Source of the DNA: Lama guanicoe
Lineage: Eukaryota
Direction of reading: 5' to 3'
Assembly (NCBI GenBank): GCA_013239625.1
Contig: MU054391.1
Coordinates: 2,199,130-2,263,129 of the forward strand
DNA length: 64,000 bases
The position numbers and the translations under genes are program-made. The stretch's first letter is position 1. The number at the start of each line of letters is the position of its first letter. The notes under the pieces are model-generated. The model did no database searches. It saw only the letters and a program-made list of their open reading frames with translations, and had not been told where the DNA came from. Below are positions 1 through 10,444 of this stretch, in pieces.

Positions 1-107
1 TGTGTGCCGTGACCGTTCGTACGGCTGTGTCATCACACGTTTGACGACTTCCACTTAGTTTGCAAGTGTGCGTTTTTCGCTGACTGCCTTTGGAGCTAAT
101 ATGGTAT

Positions 108-270
108 CAGTCTTTGTCCAGTTCGGAAGTGCTGAGCGTGACCTGGGGACCTGGTTAAAATGCAGATTCTAATTCAGTGGTTCCAGCGGGGATCCTGAGA
201 TTCTGCACTTCTCCCAAGCCCCCAGTGTCGCTGCGGACACAGACGTGAAGACCCCACCTTGAATACGGCC
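108..270. mobile_element. MER5A1-like hAT-Charlie DNA transposon remnant
   Basis: ACCTGGGGACCTGGTTAAAATGCAGATTCTAATTCAGTGG...CCTGAGATTCTGCACTTCTCCCAAGCCCCCAG resembles the MER5A1 consensus as I recall it. Confidence 0.75.
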
Positions 271-429
271 CGGGGATGCATCAAGTCTAAATCTAGTCTT
301 TGCTGAATTTAGTAGTGATCCAAAGGCGATATTTGGTGCTTTTATCAGTCCTAGTTTAAATGACACCTTTCTTCTGAATACTATTCTTCATTTATTTTCG
401 AATTTGTGAAGCATCATTTAAAAGTAAAA

Positions 430-650
430 TAGGCTTGTGCTTTCAAGCAAAGTAGATTTGGGTTCAAACCTTGACTCTGCACCTGTGACTTCGGACTAAT
501 AAAGTGCCATTTTCCCATTTTAATCTATGTTATTTAACTGAGCTGACCTCAGCTTCCCTGTACATCTCCATGTATAAAAACTGCTTCCAAGGAATTGTAA
601 GAATCCAATGGAAGCAAAATGCAAGCTGCTCACACGTAGTAGATATTCAG
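430..650 (+). mobile_element. MIR SINE remnant
   Basis: TGGGTTCAAACCTTGACTCTGCACCTGTGACTT and CCTCAGCTTCCCT resemble MIR B-box and core. Confidence 0.6.
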
Positions 651-1934
651 CTGTCGTAAAGGCACGTGGGACGTACACGTTGTTTTAAACTCAGCCATGA
701 AGCTCTTCAGAGAGAGAGAACTGTTATTTTGAAGAAAATAGGTTGGTTGCCTTGGTTTGTGGAAAAAGACCAGGGAGCAAGGACAAATAGTGCCGATAGT
801 CAGGATTTGGGAGTTGGGGTAAATGGTGGTAAAGGAAGGGGCAAGGGGAAGGATGGTCCGATAAACAGCAGTGGGTTGGTAGACTGGGTCCGTGGGGAAA
901 GCTGGCCGAGAGAAATTCCTGAGCTAAGTGTCCAAGAGAACTTCAAGGACAGAGCTTTGTAATACTCAGTTTTAAGTTCTTTTCAAGACAAGAGCACGTC
1001 TCTATCAAGATGCGTTTCTCTTTGCACGATGCCAAAAAGCATGGAATTGCAAACTCTGTTTGTCCTCCTCATCTATCTTCCTGAACATCCAGTACACACT
1101 GCTTGGGACACTCGGCTTTGTCCTGGTGGCATTTGGGAGAGGGAAGGGGTTTGGCAGCTCTCATTATGGAGCAAGGCAGCATGGCTAAAAACCAGCACCC
1201 GTGGGAGAGAAACTACAGGGGGGACTGAGTACTGCGGTGCTCGTGGCATCGACGTTCAGGCCAGCTCTGAGTCTGAAAGGTTAGGGGAGTCCAGCGGACA
1301 CCAACCACGTTTTTCTTATTCTCTTCTTACTCCTCTGCTTTCCCCTTTGAAACCCCACTGTGATGTCAACTCCTCTCACACCAGCGTCTGCGTGATGTTC
1401 TGTCCAGTGTTACCGGCTTTCACGTGTGGTCTCATCCCTGTCATAGGGCTCACTAACTTGCACTAGATGTCAAACAGACGTTCAGCTGTCACTCACTAAA
1501 TGAATCAGACAGTATGTTTTCTTTTTGAAAAATATTCAGATTCAAATACTTCTCATTTGTGGCACAGTTATACCTAGTAAATTAGAATTTTCTGGTACCT
1601 GAAGATCAAGTAACAACTCTTCTGTTTTCACTTTTGTTTTGGAATAAAAGATTCTAAAATATTTATATTGTATTTACCTGTCTTAATAATTACAGTATAG
1701 AAAGAAACAAGATTTGACTTACTCTGGATTTTTCCGTAAATTAGCATCTACTCTTTTATCATTATTTATGCCTAAAACTATGATCTCGGTCTCTACTGTT
1801 ACAGAAAATATGAAAAAGTGTTGATTGGATTTGTGTTTAGGCTAAGAGCCATTTGGGTAGTTTAAAAATTTTTTAATTAATTCGTAATATGGTCTTAAGT
1901 TTCTTTTACAAATACAGCACACGATTTTTTTGTA

Positions 1935-2138
1935 ATTTCAAAATTGTAGAATAGATAAACAAGATTACACTGTATAGCACAGGGAAATATACACAAAATG
2001 TTATGATAACTCACAGAAAAAAAAATGTGACAATGAGTGTGTATATGTCCATGAATGACTGAAAAATTGTGCTGAACACTGGAATTTGACACAACATTGT
2101 AAAATGATTATAAATCAATAAAAAATCTTTAAAAAAAG
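1935..2138 (+). mobile_element. Young 5'-truncated L1 (camelid-type 3' UTR)
   Basis: AGATAAACAAGATTACACTGTATAGCACAGGGAAATATA...AACATTGTAAAATGATTATAAATCAATAAAAAA with AATAAA and A-rich tail; homologous to the inverted copy at 2177-2440. Confidence 0.9.
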
Positions 2139-2176
2139 TCTTAAATAATAATTGTGCTGTGATCCATTTGAATTTT

Positions 2177-2646
2177 TTTTTACATTTTTTATGGAGTTAG
2201 AGTCATTTTACAATGCTGTATCAAATTCCAGTGTAGAGCACAATTTTTCAGTTAGACATGAACATACGTATATTCATTGTCACATTTTTTTTCGCTGTGA
2301 GCTACCACAAGATCTTGTACATATTTCCCTATGTTATACAGTATAATCTTGTTTATCTATTCTGCATATGCCTGTCAGAATCCACAAATTTTGAAATCCC
2401 AGTCTGTCCCTTCCCACCCGTGCCCCCTTGGCAACCAGAAGATGTGGTATATTTATACAATGGAATACTATTCAGCCATAAAATGACAACATAATGCCAT
2501 TTGCAGCAACATGGATGTTCCTGGAGAATGTCATTCTAAGTGAGTTAGGCAGAAAGAGAAAGAAAAGTACCATATGAGATCACTCATATGTGGAATCTTA
2601 AAAAAAAAAAAAGAACATAAATACAAAACAGAAACAGACCCATAGA
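2177..2646 (-). mobile_element. Young L1 with 5' inversion, TSD CATTTGAATTTT
   Basis: Minus-strand 3' UTR plus poly(A) (2177-2440) joined to plus-strand ORF2 end/3' UTR (ATGTGGTATATTTATACAATGGAATACTATTCAGCCATAAAA, 2441-2646); identical 12-bp flanks at 2165-2176 and 2647-2658. Confidence 0.9.
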
Positions 2647-3304
2647 CATTTGAATTTTGATATACATATATTCAAAAACTCTTCTTAGCATTAATCATTT
2701 TCATACAGATGTTCACATTCCTCTTCAATGAATCTGTTCATCTCCCATTTTGCAAAATCTTGCAATAGTTTAATATAATGTTATTTATAACTTTAAATAA
2801 TTATTGGGCACAGATAAAATAATTATAATTCACTGCTCCACAACTCCATATTTTAACAATATAATTAGATTGATATACAGCTTTTCACTGTTGAAAGCAC
2901 AGCATTAGACCCACTGATGTTCAGGAAACTTCCCTTGTCTTTTCTCACAAATGGTATTTATATGTTCAAAGTTCAGTTCTTTTTAGGCAACATTTATTGA
3001 ACCCACATTTGTCATCATGGATAACAGAGCCCTTTCAGAAACTGGCAGGATGTGACAGTCTAGTTTCAGAGGCTACTGTTCAGACATGAGTGCCAGTGAC
3101 CTGACACTGATTTTCCCATTAAAGGGTATAAATTTAATTTGGAAACTTCCAAATAAATATTCAGAAAAAAAAGAATTTTATCGAAATAAATATTTTAAAT
3201 GCTATGGATATTAAGAGCCATACATCCTACAGTACCAAAAATAGAAAATAATTCATGAATAAAATTTGAAGATCAAACCAAGTAATATAGAGTTCTTAAC
3301 AAAA

Positions 3305-3725
3305 GTAACAGCGGCTGATATTTGTCTAATGCCTACTATGGGCAGGAGCTATCCCACGATCTGTGCACACATACACGCACACACACGCTCATACATTCTT
3401 GTAAGCCCCTTAACAATGGTGTGATATGGACACACTGTGACCATTCCCACTATACAGATGTGGAAAGTAAGAATAAGTTTGTGTAAGTTGGCCAATGTAT
3501 AACTTAATAAGTGGTAAATTTAAATTCAGGCATCTTTATACGGTTCTATACTGAACCACCGCATTAAACTTTCTTATGTAAGGTGATTTGCATTATAACG
3601 TTTAATCAACCTGATGATCACCAAGATTACTGTAGCTGCATTCAGTTTCCAGATACAGAAACTAAAGTTATGAGAGGCTAAGTAGTCAGCTTAGCCGCAG
3701 CTAACACGGGGCGCTCCTAGAATTC
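3305..3725 (-). mobile_element. Two adjacent MIR remnants
   Basis: CCCACTATACAGATGTGGAAAGTAAG and CAGATACAGAAACTAAAGTTATGAGAGGCTAAGTAGTC resemble reverse MIR cores; imperfect (CA)n at about 3366-3390. Confidence 0.6.
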
Positions 3726-5169
3726 TTCCTCAGGAGTATTTGTCAGCACATCCTGTTCTTGCTTTGTTACCGTATTTTGCCTTTAAATGACATTTGGGTC
3801 TTTGTATCTTTACATTTTAGGACTAAATGTGTGGATATACAGGGATGATGAGGAACGCCTGTTGTTGTTCTGAATTACCTTAGAAATAAAACTTAATTCA
3901 CTAAAAAAGTTTAGACTTTTTGACCTCAACTATTTGAATCAGTTCAAAGGTTAACAAGTAATTCAAGGTGTGGGCTGTAAAAACCACAGAAGCACAGCAG
4001 TGGAGAGGAATGTTTTCAAGGTGACTCTGGAAATATTTTTCTTCTGCTTTTCTTCTCAGTCAGTTTAATTTCTCACATCTGCCAGGCATAGAGCATATTA
4101 ACAGCATTTTCCAATTTGATACACCTCATGCATTCACCGCTGAGGATATGAACCATGTTAGACAATTATGTGTTCAGAGACGCCCCTCACAAACGTGAGA
4201 ACACACAGCGTCTGAGAGAATCATTTTGCCGTTCATGTTGGATTTGAAATTCATGGCTTGTGACACTTCGTTAAAGCCCTGCCTCCTGGTGATGCGCATT
4301 TTCTCAGCCATTTTCAGTCTGATCTATTTCAGAGCTACAGCTCTGAGGCAAGTTCGGCAATCTATCGCTGAAGAACTGAAGTGTGAGCAAGATGCCCAGA
4401 AAGTCAGAGGTTGCCTTGAATGAGACTAAGCTGTCCAGCAAGAAATTGTTTCAGAGCAACTTCAGATGGTTTCTGCCGGTAGAATGTGTTTGATTTTCCA
4501 TTTATTTTTATTCAAGGCAGATGTGTTTCCTTCAAAGCACACCTACTCCAGAAAGACTCCAGAGTGACCAGATTTCGTCTTTGAACAAATTCAGTCCAAT
4601 CCAGCTTGAACTCCATTGTATGTTCGTGCGTATGTGTGTGTACGATGTAAAATTGTATTTTATCTATTCTATATGAAGAGATAGGTATTTCAAAATCAAA
4701 GCGAACAAGACGCTAGCCTTGCTTTCCCCTACCTCATATTTTGGAAGCACGTTTATTTTTAAGAACTACGACAACCTTGAGCGCATGTGAGCATGGGAGT
4801 GGAGGTGAGGGTGGAAAGTAACCAACAGCGGTTTAGGTCCAAAAGGGAAGCCGTGTCCTCAGGCAGAACCGGTTTCTGAGCAAGTTCATACGAACAAGAC
4901 CGCGACCTACAACTCCTGGAGTATTTTCCTGAGAGCTGTCGAGGGAAAGGAGTATATTTCCTAGTAGAGAAGTGACTGGTACACATTATTTTAAATTTAT
5001 ATCTCCCAGTATCTCCACTGCTTGGGTCCAAAGTCCTGATTGTCAAGTGGGCTGGAGAAGTGAAAGATGAATGAAAACAAAGAGGAAAAAGATAGTTTCC
5101 TGGAAACAAGTTCTGATTGATCATTTGCGAAGTCCTTTAAGGGGCTATCAGAGCTATTACAAGTGTGGG

Positions 5170-5700
5170 AAGTCCACAGCCAGGCCTCCTGCTGCCCCAG
5201 CCCCGCCCCGTCTAACTGGCTGCCCAGCACGTGACCTCAGCAATCTCCAGCACCCCCTTTTCCACCTCCGACCTGCTTCTCTTCATGCTGCCCTCAAACC
5301 GCAGTGTCTTCAGCTGGTGTCTAATCTCGGCCTCCTCCGCGCCTGCCGCCTCCACCCTGCCCCCTTTCAGAGAAAAGACAAACCCGGACAGGCTTGCATT
5401 CGCCTTGTCAGCTGTCCTCCCGTCCCCCGGGGCAAAGGGCGCCCTGCTCCCTGCAACTGCGTCATGTCCCTTCCAACCTGCGTCCTTGCCCACCAGTTCT
5501 TCCTTCCTGGCATTCCTGTCCCCTCTTTCTCAGATCAGTAAACTTTCCCAAGTCACGGTTTAAATTTCACTCCGTTTGGAGACAACAGCAGAACCTTCTA
5601 GGCGGAGGGCGCTCCCTGCTCTCTGCGCTGCGCGCCTCCTTGCCCCAGTTACGGCCACGCTCTATTGCTGGGCACAGAGGAGTTCAGTGAGTGAGGAAAT
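5170..5700 (+). mobile_element. L2 remnant, GC-rich
   Basis: TGGCTGCCCAGCACGTGACCTCAGCAATCTCCAG...CCTGCTTCTCTTCATG and a 3'-end-like CTGGGCACAGAGGAGTTCAGTGAGT resemble degraded L2. Confidence 0.45.
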
Positions 5701-5817
5701 AAAGACTTTGTGTATAATTCATTTTTAAAATAAGGAAAATAATGAATAATTGAACAAGTGAATAATTACACACCGGCAGATTTTAATAATTTGTAACTAA
5801 TTTATATCAGCAGTTAA

Positions 5818-7560
5818 AATTATTTTGAAATAACAGTCAATTGCAGAAAAGGCACAAAAATGGTACAGAGGGCTCCTGTGTACCCTTCACCCAGCTTCCC
5901 CGCATGTTACTATATTATATAACTAAGAGGGTGAACAAGAAGGCAACACTGGGAACAATAGTATAATTAATCCATGGGCTTTACACGAATTTCTCCAGTT
6001 CCTTCCACAGGTGTCCTTCAGTTCCAGGATTCAATCCATGATCTCGCGTTGCGTGCATTCCTCGTGCCCTTGTCTTCGACGACTCTGACAGCTTTGGGGA
6101 CGACAGGACAGGTGTTCTGTAGACGGAAGCTCAGCTTGGGTGTTCCTAACGTTGCCTCGTAACTAGGCTGGACCAGTGGATTTCTGGGGTCCCGTGGGGA
6201 GCACAGATCGCGGGGGCAGCGCGCCTCACTTTATGCACCGTGACAGTAGGATCTTGTATCAAAGTGACCCATTTCTGCTGGCCTGCTTCGCTCTGTCGGG
6301 CAGTTTCGGTTAGGTTCCTCTGCTGTAACGGTACTGTCTCTCCTCTTCGTACTGTCAGCGCCAGACGCCAGTTACCAAGCACATCTCACACCCCAGGGAG
6401 GGGAGCCGAGCCCACCTCCTAGAGGAAGAATCACCGCAGCATCTGTAGACACACCTTAAAACCAGCGCAGCAGTTAATAGCATTTTGCGGGAGGGGCTCT
6501 GAGGTGATGAAAATTTCCTGTTTCTCCTTTAAGTTTTGTCCACTAATTACAACAGTCATCAGTGACCTTGCCTGCAATGATTATTACCTAGTGGCGATTT
6601 TCTGTTTCTCTCATGCTTTCCACACTTATTAATCGGAAGTCTTCCCTGAAAATAATTGTCCTTTCCCTCCCATTCATTTGATTATTTATTCCAGCATGCA
6701 GTTATTTGGACTCTTGGGTATTTATTTTACTCCCTGGGTTGCAATCATAAAGAATAGTTACTTATTCTGTAGTTCAGTTGTTCTAATTAACACTATAAGG
6801 CTCTTTCTAACCTTCCTCTGCTGTTTACTTGTAACTTTTCTCTCCATCAGTAAGTAGCCCAGCTATCACTATGCACAGTGTTTAATTTGTTTAACCCTAA
6901 GGTAAACGCAGAGTAGTTTTGAAGTTGCTAAAATGTCCCACTGTGAAGGGCAATCTCACCAACAAGAGAACAGTGCTTACACATGCTTCTCTTTGTCTCC
7001 ACCCTTACAGTGTCAGGAAAAAGTCCCCAAGTTATGTTGGCTTCCTTATCCCCAGTCCTCTTAGCACCGTTATGTCAGACAATTGCAATAATATCAGATT
7101 TATTTATAACAGTCTGCACTCTATTCGGAATTCCCCCCCAAGCTCAGTTAATTTCTTTCATTTACATAAAGTAAGATTCCGTTTTTGCATCATACAGATC
7201 TAGGTGCTTTAAAAAAAGGCATGAGCCCCGTCCCCCCTGCAGGGGACGTTCCGCTGCCTAGAATTTCTGCTGGGTTTCTGCTTGGTCTCCTCTTCCCCGA
7301 GCCAAGGCAGCCACGTCCTTATAGTCTTGTCTTTCCCAGGACGTCACATGAATGTCTGTATTCTTGCACCCAGCAAACTTCGTTTGAGATTCATCCATGT
7401 TACTGCATGAATTAATGGCTCACTCCTTTTAATTTCTGAATAATATTCTACTATATGTATATGTGATAGCTGTATTTTAATTAACTCATTGATAGCATCA
7501 TGATTTCTTCCAACTGTTGATAATTATGAATAAAGCAGCTATAAACATTGTTTTGTGTGA
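5818..7560 (-). mobile_element. Old L1M (MB/MC/ME-type) 3' region
   Basis: Starts TTATTTTGAAATAAC...AATGGTACAGAGGGCTCCTGTGTACCCTTCACCCAGCTTCCCC; ends TTGAGATTCATCCATGT...ATTATGAATAAAGCAGCTATAAACATT, typical reverse L1M 3' motifs. Confidence 0.7.
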
Positions 7561-7584
7561 GCAAGAGGTTTTTTTCAGTTAAGA

Positions 7585-7655
7585 TTTTTTAAAGAGAAGT
7601 TGTAGGGTCACAGCAAAGTGGAGAGGAAGGTACGGAGAGCTCCCGCACAGCCGCT
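7585..7655 (-). mobile_element. Short L1MA/MB 3'-end fragment
   Basis: TTTTTTAAAGAGAAGTTGTAGGGTCACAGCAAAGTGGAGAGGAAGGTACGGAGAGCTCCC resembles the reverse L1MA/MB terminus. Confidence 0.6.
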
Positions 7656-7879
7656 GCTGGGACAGGTGTGTGTCAGTGTTTCACCCTGAGGTGCAGGTTT
7701 TCCCTCCTGTTTCTTCCTGCTGCAAAGAATTTCCACAGTCCTCTACGTGAGCAGTTTTATTCCTCGTTTACTGAAATTAAGGCCGTTGTTTCTCAGGAGA
7801 GACAAGGAAGCTGGGTCTGGGAAGGTTTGGCCTTGGCGGCGGTTACCCTTCCCTGATCAGCAACGTGGAAACTTTCTTA

Positions 7880-8230
7880 AATCGTCCCAGCTTTCGGCAC
7901 GAGCGTCTGCTCGGGTCCATGCGGGAACAGCCCACACGTGGGAGGAAGCGCCCCCAGCGCCGGTCCTCAGGGACCTCGCCCCCTCGTGTCGCCCGCACTC
8001 AGCCTTCAGGAGCTGGCGGGACCCCGAGCTGGGTCTCCCCAGCGGCCGGCGCGCTGCCCGGCGGCCGCTGCCGCGGGTGTGTCGGCCCCGGGCTTCTCAC
8101 GCAGCCACTTCCCCCTCCACGTTCTGGGCTGGTTGCTTTCCTGTGACGTCAGCACTCTGAGGAGGTAAAGGGAAGTTATTAAATTCGTACTTTTTAGCTT
8201 TTTTCTTGTTGTAGGGGTGACGCAATGTCT
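7880..8230. promoter_or_regulatory. Small CpG island with palindromic CRE
   Basis: CpG-dense 7890-8125; TGACGTCA at 8144-8151; TGACGCAA at 8218-8225. Confidence 0.5.
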
Positions 8231-9149
8231 AGTTCTCTACATTTCTGTGCTGAAACAAGAAGCTCATCAACAATTTTACGTTTTTAAATTTAATTGTGTA
8301 ATTTTGCAAAATAATTTACCCAGAATCCACTCATCAAACTATTTCAGATATATCCTACAGGAAACCGAATGTCACGGTAACCGCGTGTCAGTAATACGGG
8401 AAGCAGCACTTCGAGCCTTTATCGTGCCACCACAATCTAGAGGAACAGGTCCTTAAATATTAGGTCTGAAAGATCCTTAATCTTTGTTCCTACGTTTTTC
8501 CCAACCTGTCTCGGCTTGTAGACTCCATGGGGATTTCAGCTCACCTAACGTATTGTTGATATAACCAGTTTCAAAAGTGACGTAAACATATGTAGGCTGC
8601 CCTACGCTACCCCGTCATGACACTCTTTGTAGACAACACATAAGCCATGAAACAGATCTTCAAGGGGCAACAATACAAAACAGCTTCCAGAAAAACATCC
8701 CTGTGGCTCTGACAAGGTCTCCTGTGTCTGTTGTCTAAGTCCCTGGACCGCTTTCTAGGTCAGTCCTCCCCCAGACGACACCCCGCTCCTGAGACGGGCT
8801 GTTCTGTGCGGCGTCAGTCAGGCCTCCGCAAGGCTGTGACCCCCAGTACCTGCAGCCTCGTCTCCGACTTCAGGACCCGGGGGAGGAGTGACTCTCGAGG
8901 ATGCGCCCTGTCCAGGGGTGCTGGACGGCTGGAGGTGGTGAAGGGGGCATCTCACGGAGCCCCAGCAGACGTACGGGCCAGTGAAGAAGGCCTCCGGAGC
9001 ACAAAGCGGACGACAGGGGCACCCGGGTGGTTGAGATTCTAACCCGTGCTTTCCAAATTCTAGCCAGCTGAATTTTGTATTAAATCAGACTACCTAAAAT
9101 ATTTTCCTCAACCTTTTAACTTTGTAAGACCCCGAAACCCAACGCACTC

Positions 9150-9600
9150 AGCTACATTGTAAACTGAATTTGCATCCCAGCTCCATTTCCCTTGATTCCC
9201 AGGCCGCTTGACGCTGTCATGCGCAGACGGACAGGCCCGTTCCCACCGCTGACTTCACTCGCGATTCTGCAAACTGTTGCCTTTCCGTCTCCCCGTAAGC
9301 CCTCGGGTGATTTTTCTCCAATGCCCTCAGGCACTTGTTCATTCTCACGAACACTATGCCTGTGCCTAAGTGCCCAGCGGCACCGTCTGCAAACCACCGC
9401 CACTGGAGGGCGGAGCGGCGGCGATCTAAGGAGAGACGGGCCGCAGTAACGAGGGCCCCGGGTGGCCTTGCTCGCAGGTTATTATCCCAATTAGGCCAGT
9501 GGTTTTCAATATATTTGGAGAATGAGAACCACCTCAGGGGACCCCCAGACACACCCCCCCCCACCAGGTCAGGGTCTCCGCAGGTTAGTGCTTCCTAACA
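9150..9600. promoter_or_regulatory. CpG-rich promoter/insulator-like element
   Basis: ATTTGCAT 9168-9175, CTCF-like CCACTGGAGGGCGG 9400-9413, donor-like CAG|GTTAGT at 9583/9584. Confidence 0.4.
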
Positions 9601-9719
9601 TTCGGAACATTCAAATTTTTCCTTTTCTAAGAAAAATGTACCATTTTATGCTGAATATTTTTTACTCTTAAGATGGTAAATATCTTTTTTTCTTTTTTTG
9701 CCTTTTGGAAGATTATGAT

Positions 9720-9752
9720 TTTATTTGGTTGCTTGTTTGTTTGTTTGTTTGT
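9720..9752. repeat. (TTTG)n microsatellite
   Basis: TTTATTTGGTTGCTTGTTTGTTTGTTTGTTTGT seen directly. Confidence 0.85.
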
Positions 9753-10309
9753 GGAAAAACCTGTATTAGTGACTCTCTCGAGAGTGGGAAAGCATTGGTT
9801 TTGTTTCCTCCAACTGCAACATACCTTGTGACATCGGAAGAGGTCTTCTGAATCGTAACTCATCAATCTAAGACTGCCAGCTGGGAAACTCAGGGGCGCA
9901 CTACTGCGATGCCAGTGACCTCGTGAGAACTGACGCTGAGGTGCCAGCTCTCAGTTCCAACTGCTTCACGACACAGTGAGTGCAGAGGTTAGGAAAGTCC
10001 CGCCATCTAACTGGGTAGACGGTCGCTCTTCACAACAATGAGCAGCTTCATCAGGGTCACTGAGTCTGTGCACATGTTTGTGCTTGTTTTGCTCTAATTT
10101 GTTTTTCTTACCTGAAACACCTTTCTCCTACTTCTCTAACAGAAGAAACACCATCATTATTATTAAAAAGTTACCGTGTTTGTTACTCTTCCTAAGTCAA
10201 TGCCTTCCTCCCTCCAGGAAGGATGAATTTTTCTTTTCTCAGTGTCCCCAAGGCTTCAGTCAGTTGTGAGATGCTGCGTTACAATCCTTCACGTGCATCT
10301 TGCCCACAG

Positions 10310-10420
10310 GACAATATAAACTGCAGAGCACAGGACTGAGCCTTACACGTCTCTGCTTAACCAGGGTTGGCGTTTGCCCTCAGAGCCATCTGCATACATC
10401 ATACTCCTCAATGAATATTT
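10310..10420 (+). mobile_element. L2 3'-end remnant
   Basis: AATATAAACTGCAGAGCACAGGACTGAGCC...CTCAATGAATATTTT resembles the L2 terminus. Confidence 0.45.
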
Positions 10421-10444
10421 TAGTCCTTTTTTCCATTTAAAATA

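Noticed and set aside
1892..2144. TSD for the first young L1
   Set aside because: Only a 7-bp GTCTTAA match, about 35 bp from the apparent 5' end; not convincing
7948..7961. CTCF-like GCGCCCCCAGCGCC
   Set aside because: Four mismatches in the 5' half of the core consensus
9155..9175. SOX-OCT composite (CATTGT near ATTTGCAT)
   Set aside because: Spacing and octamer orientation do not match the canonical CATTGTNATGCAAAT
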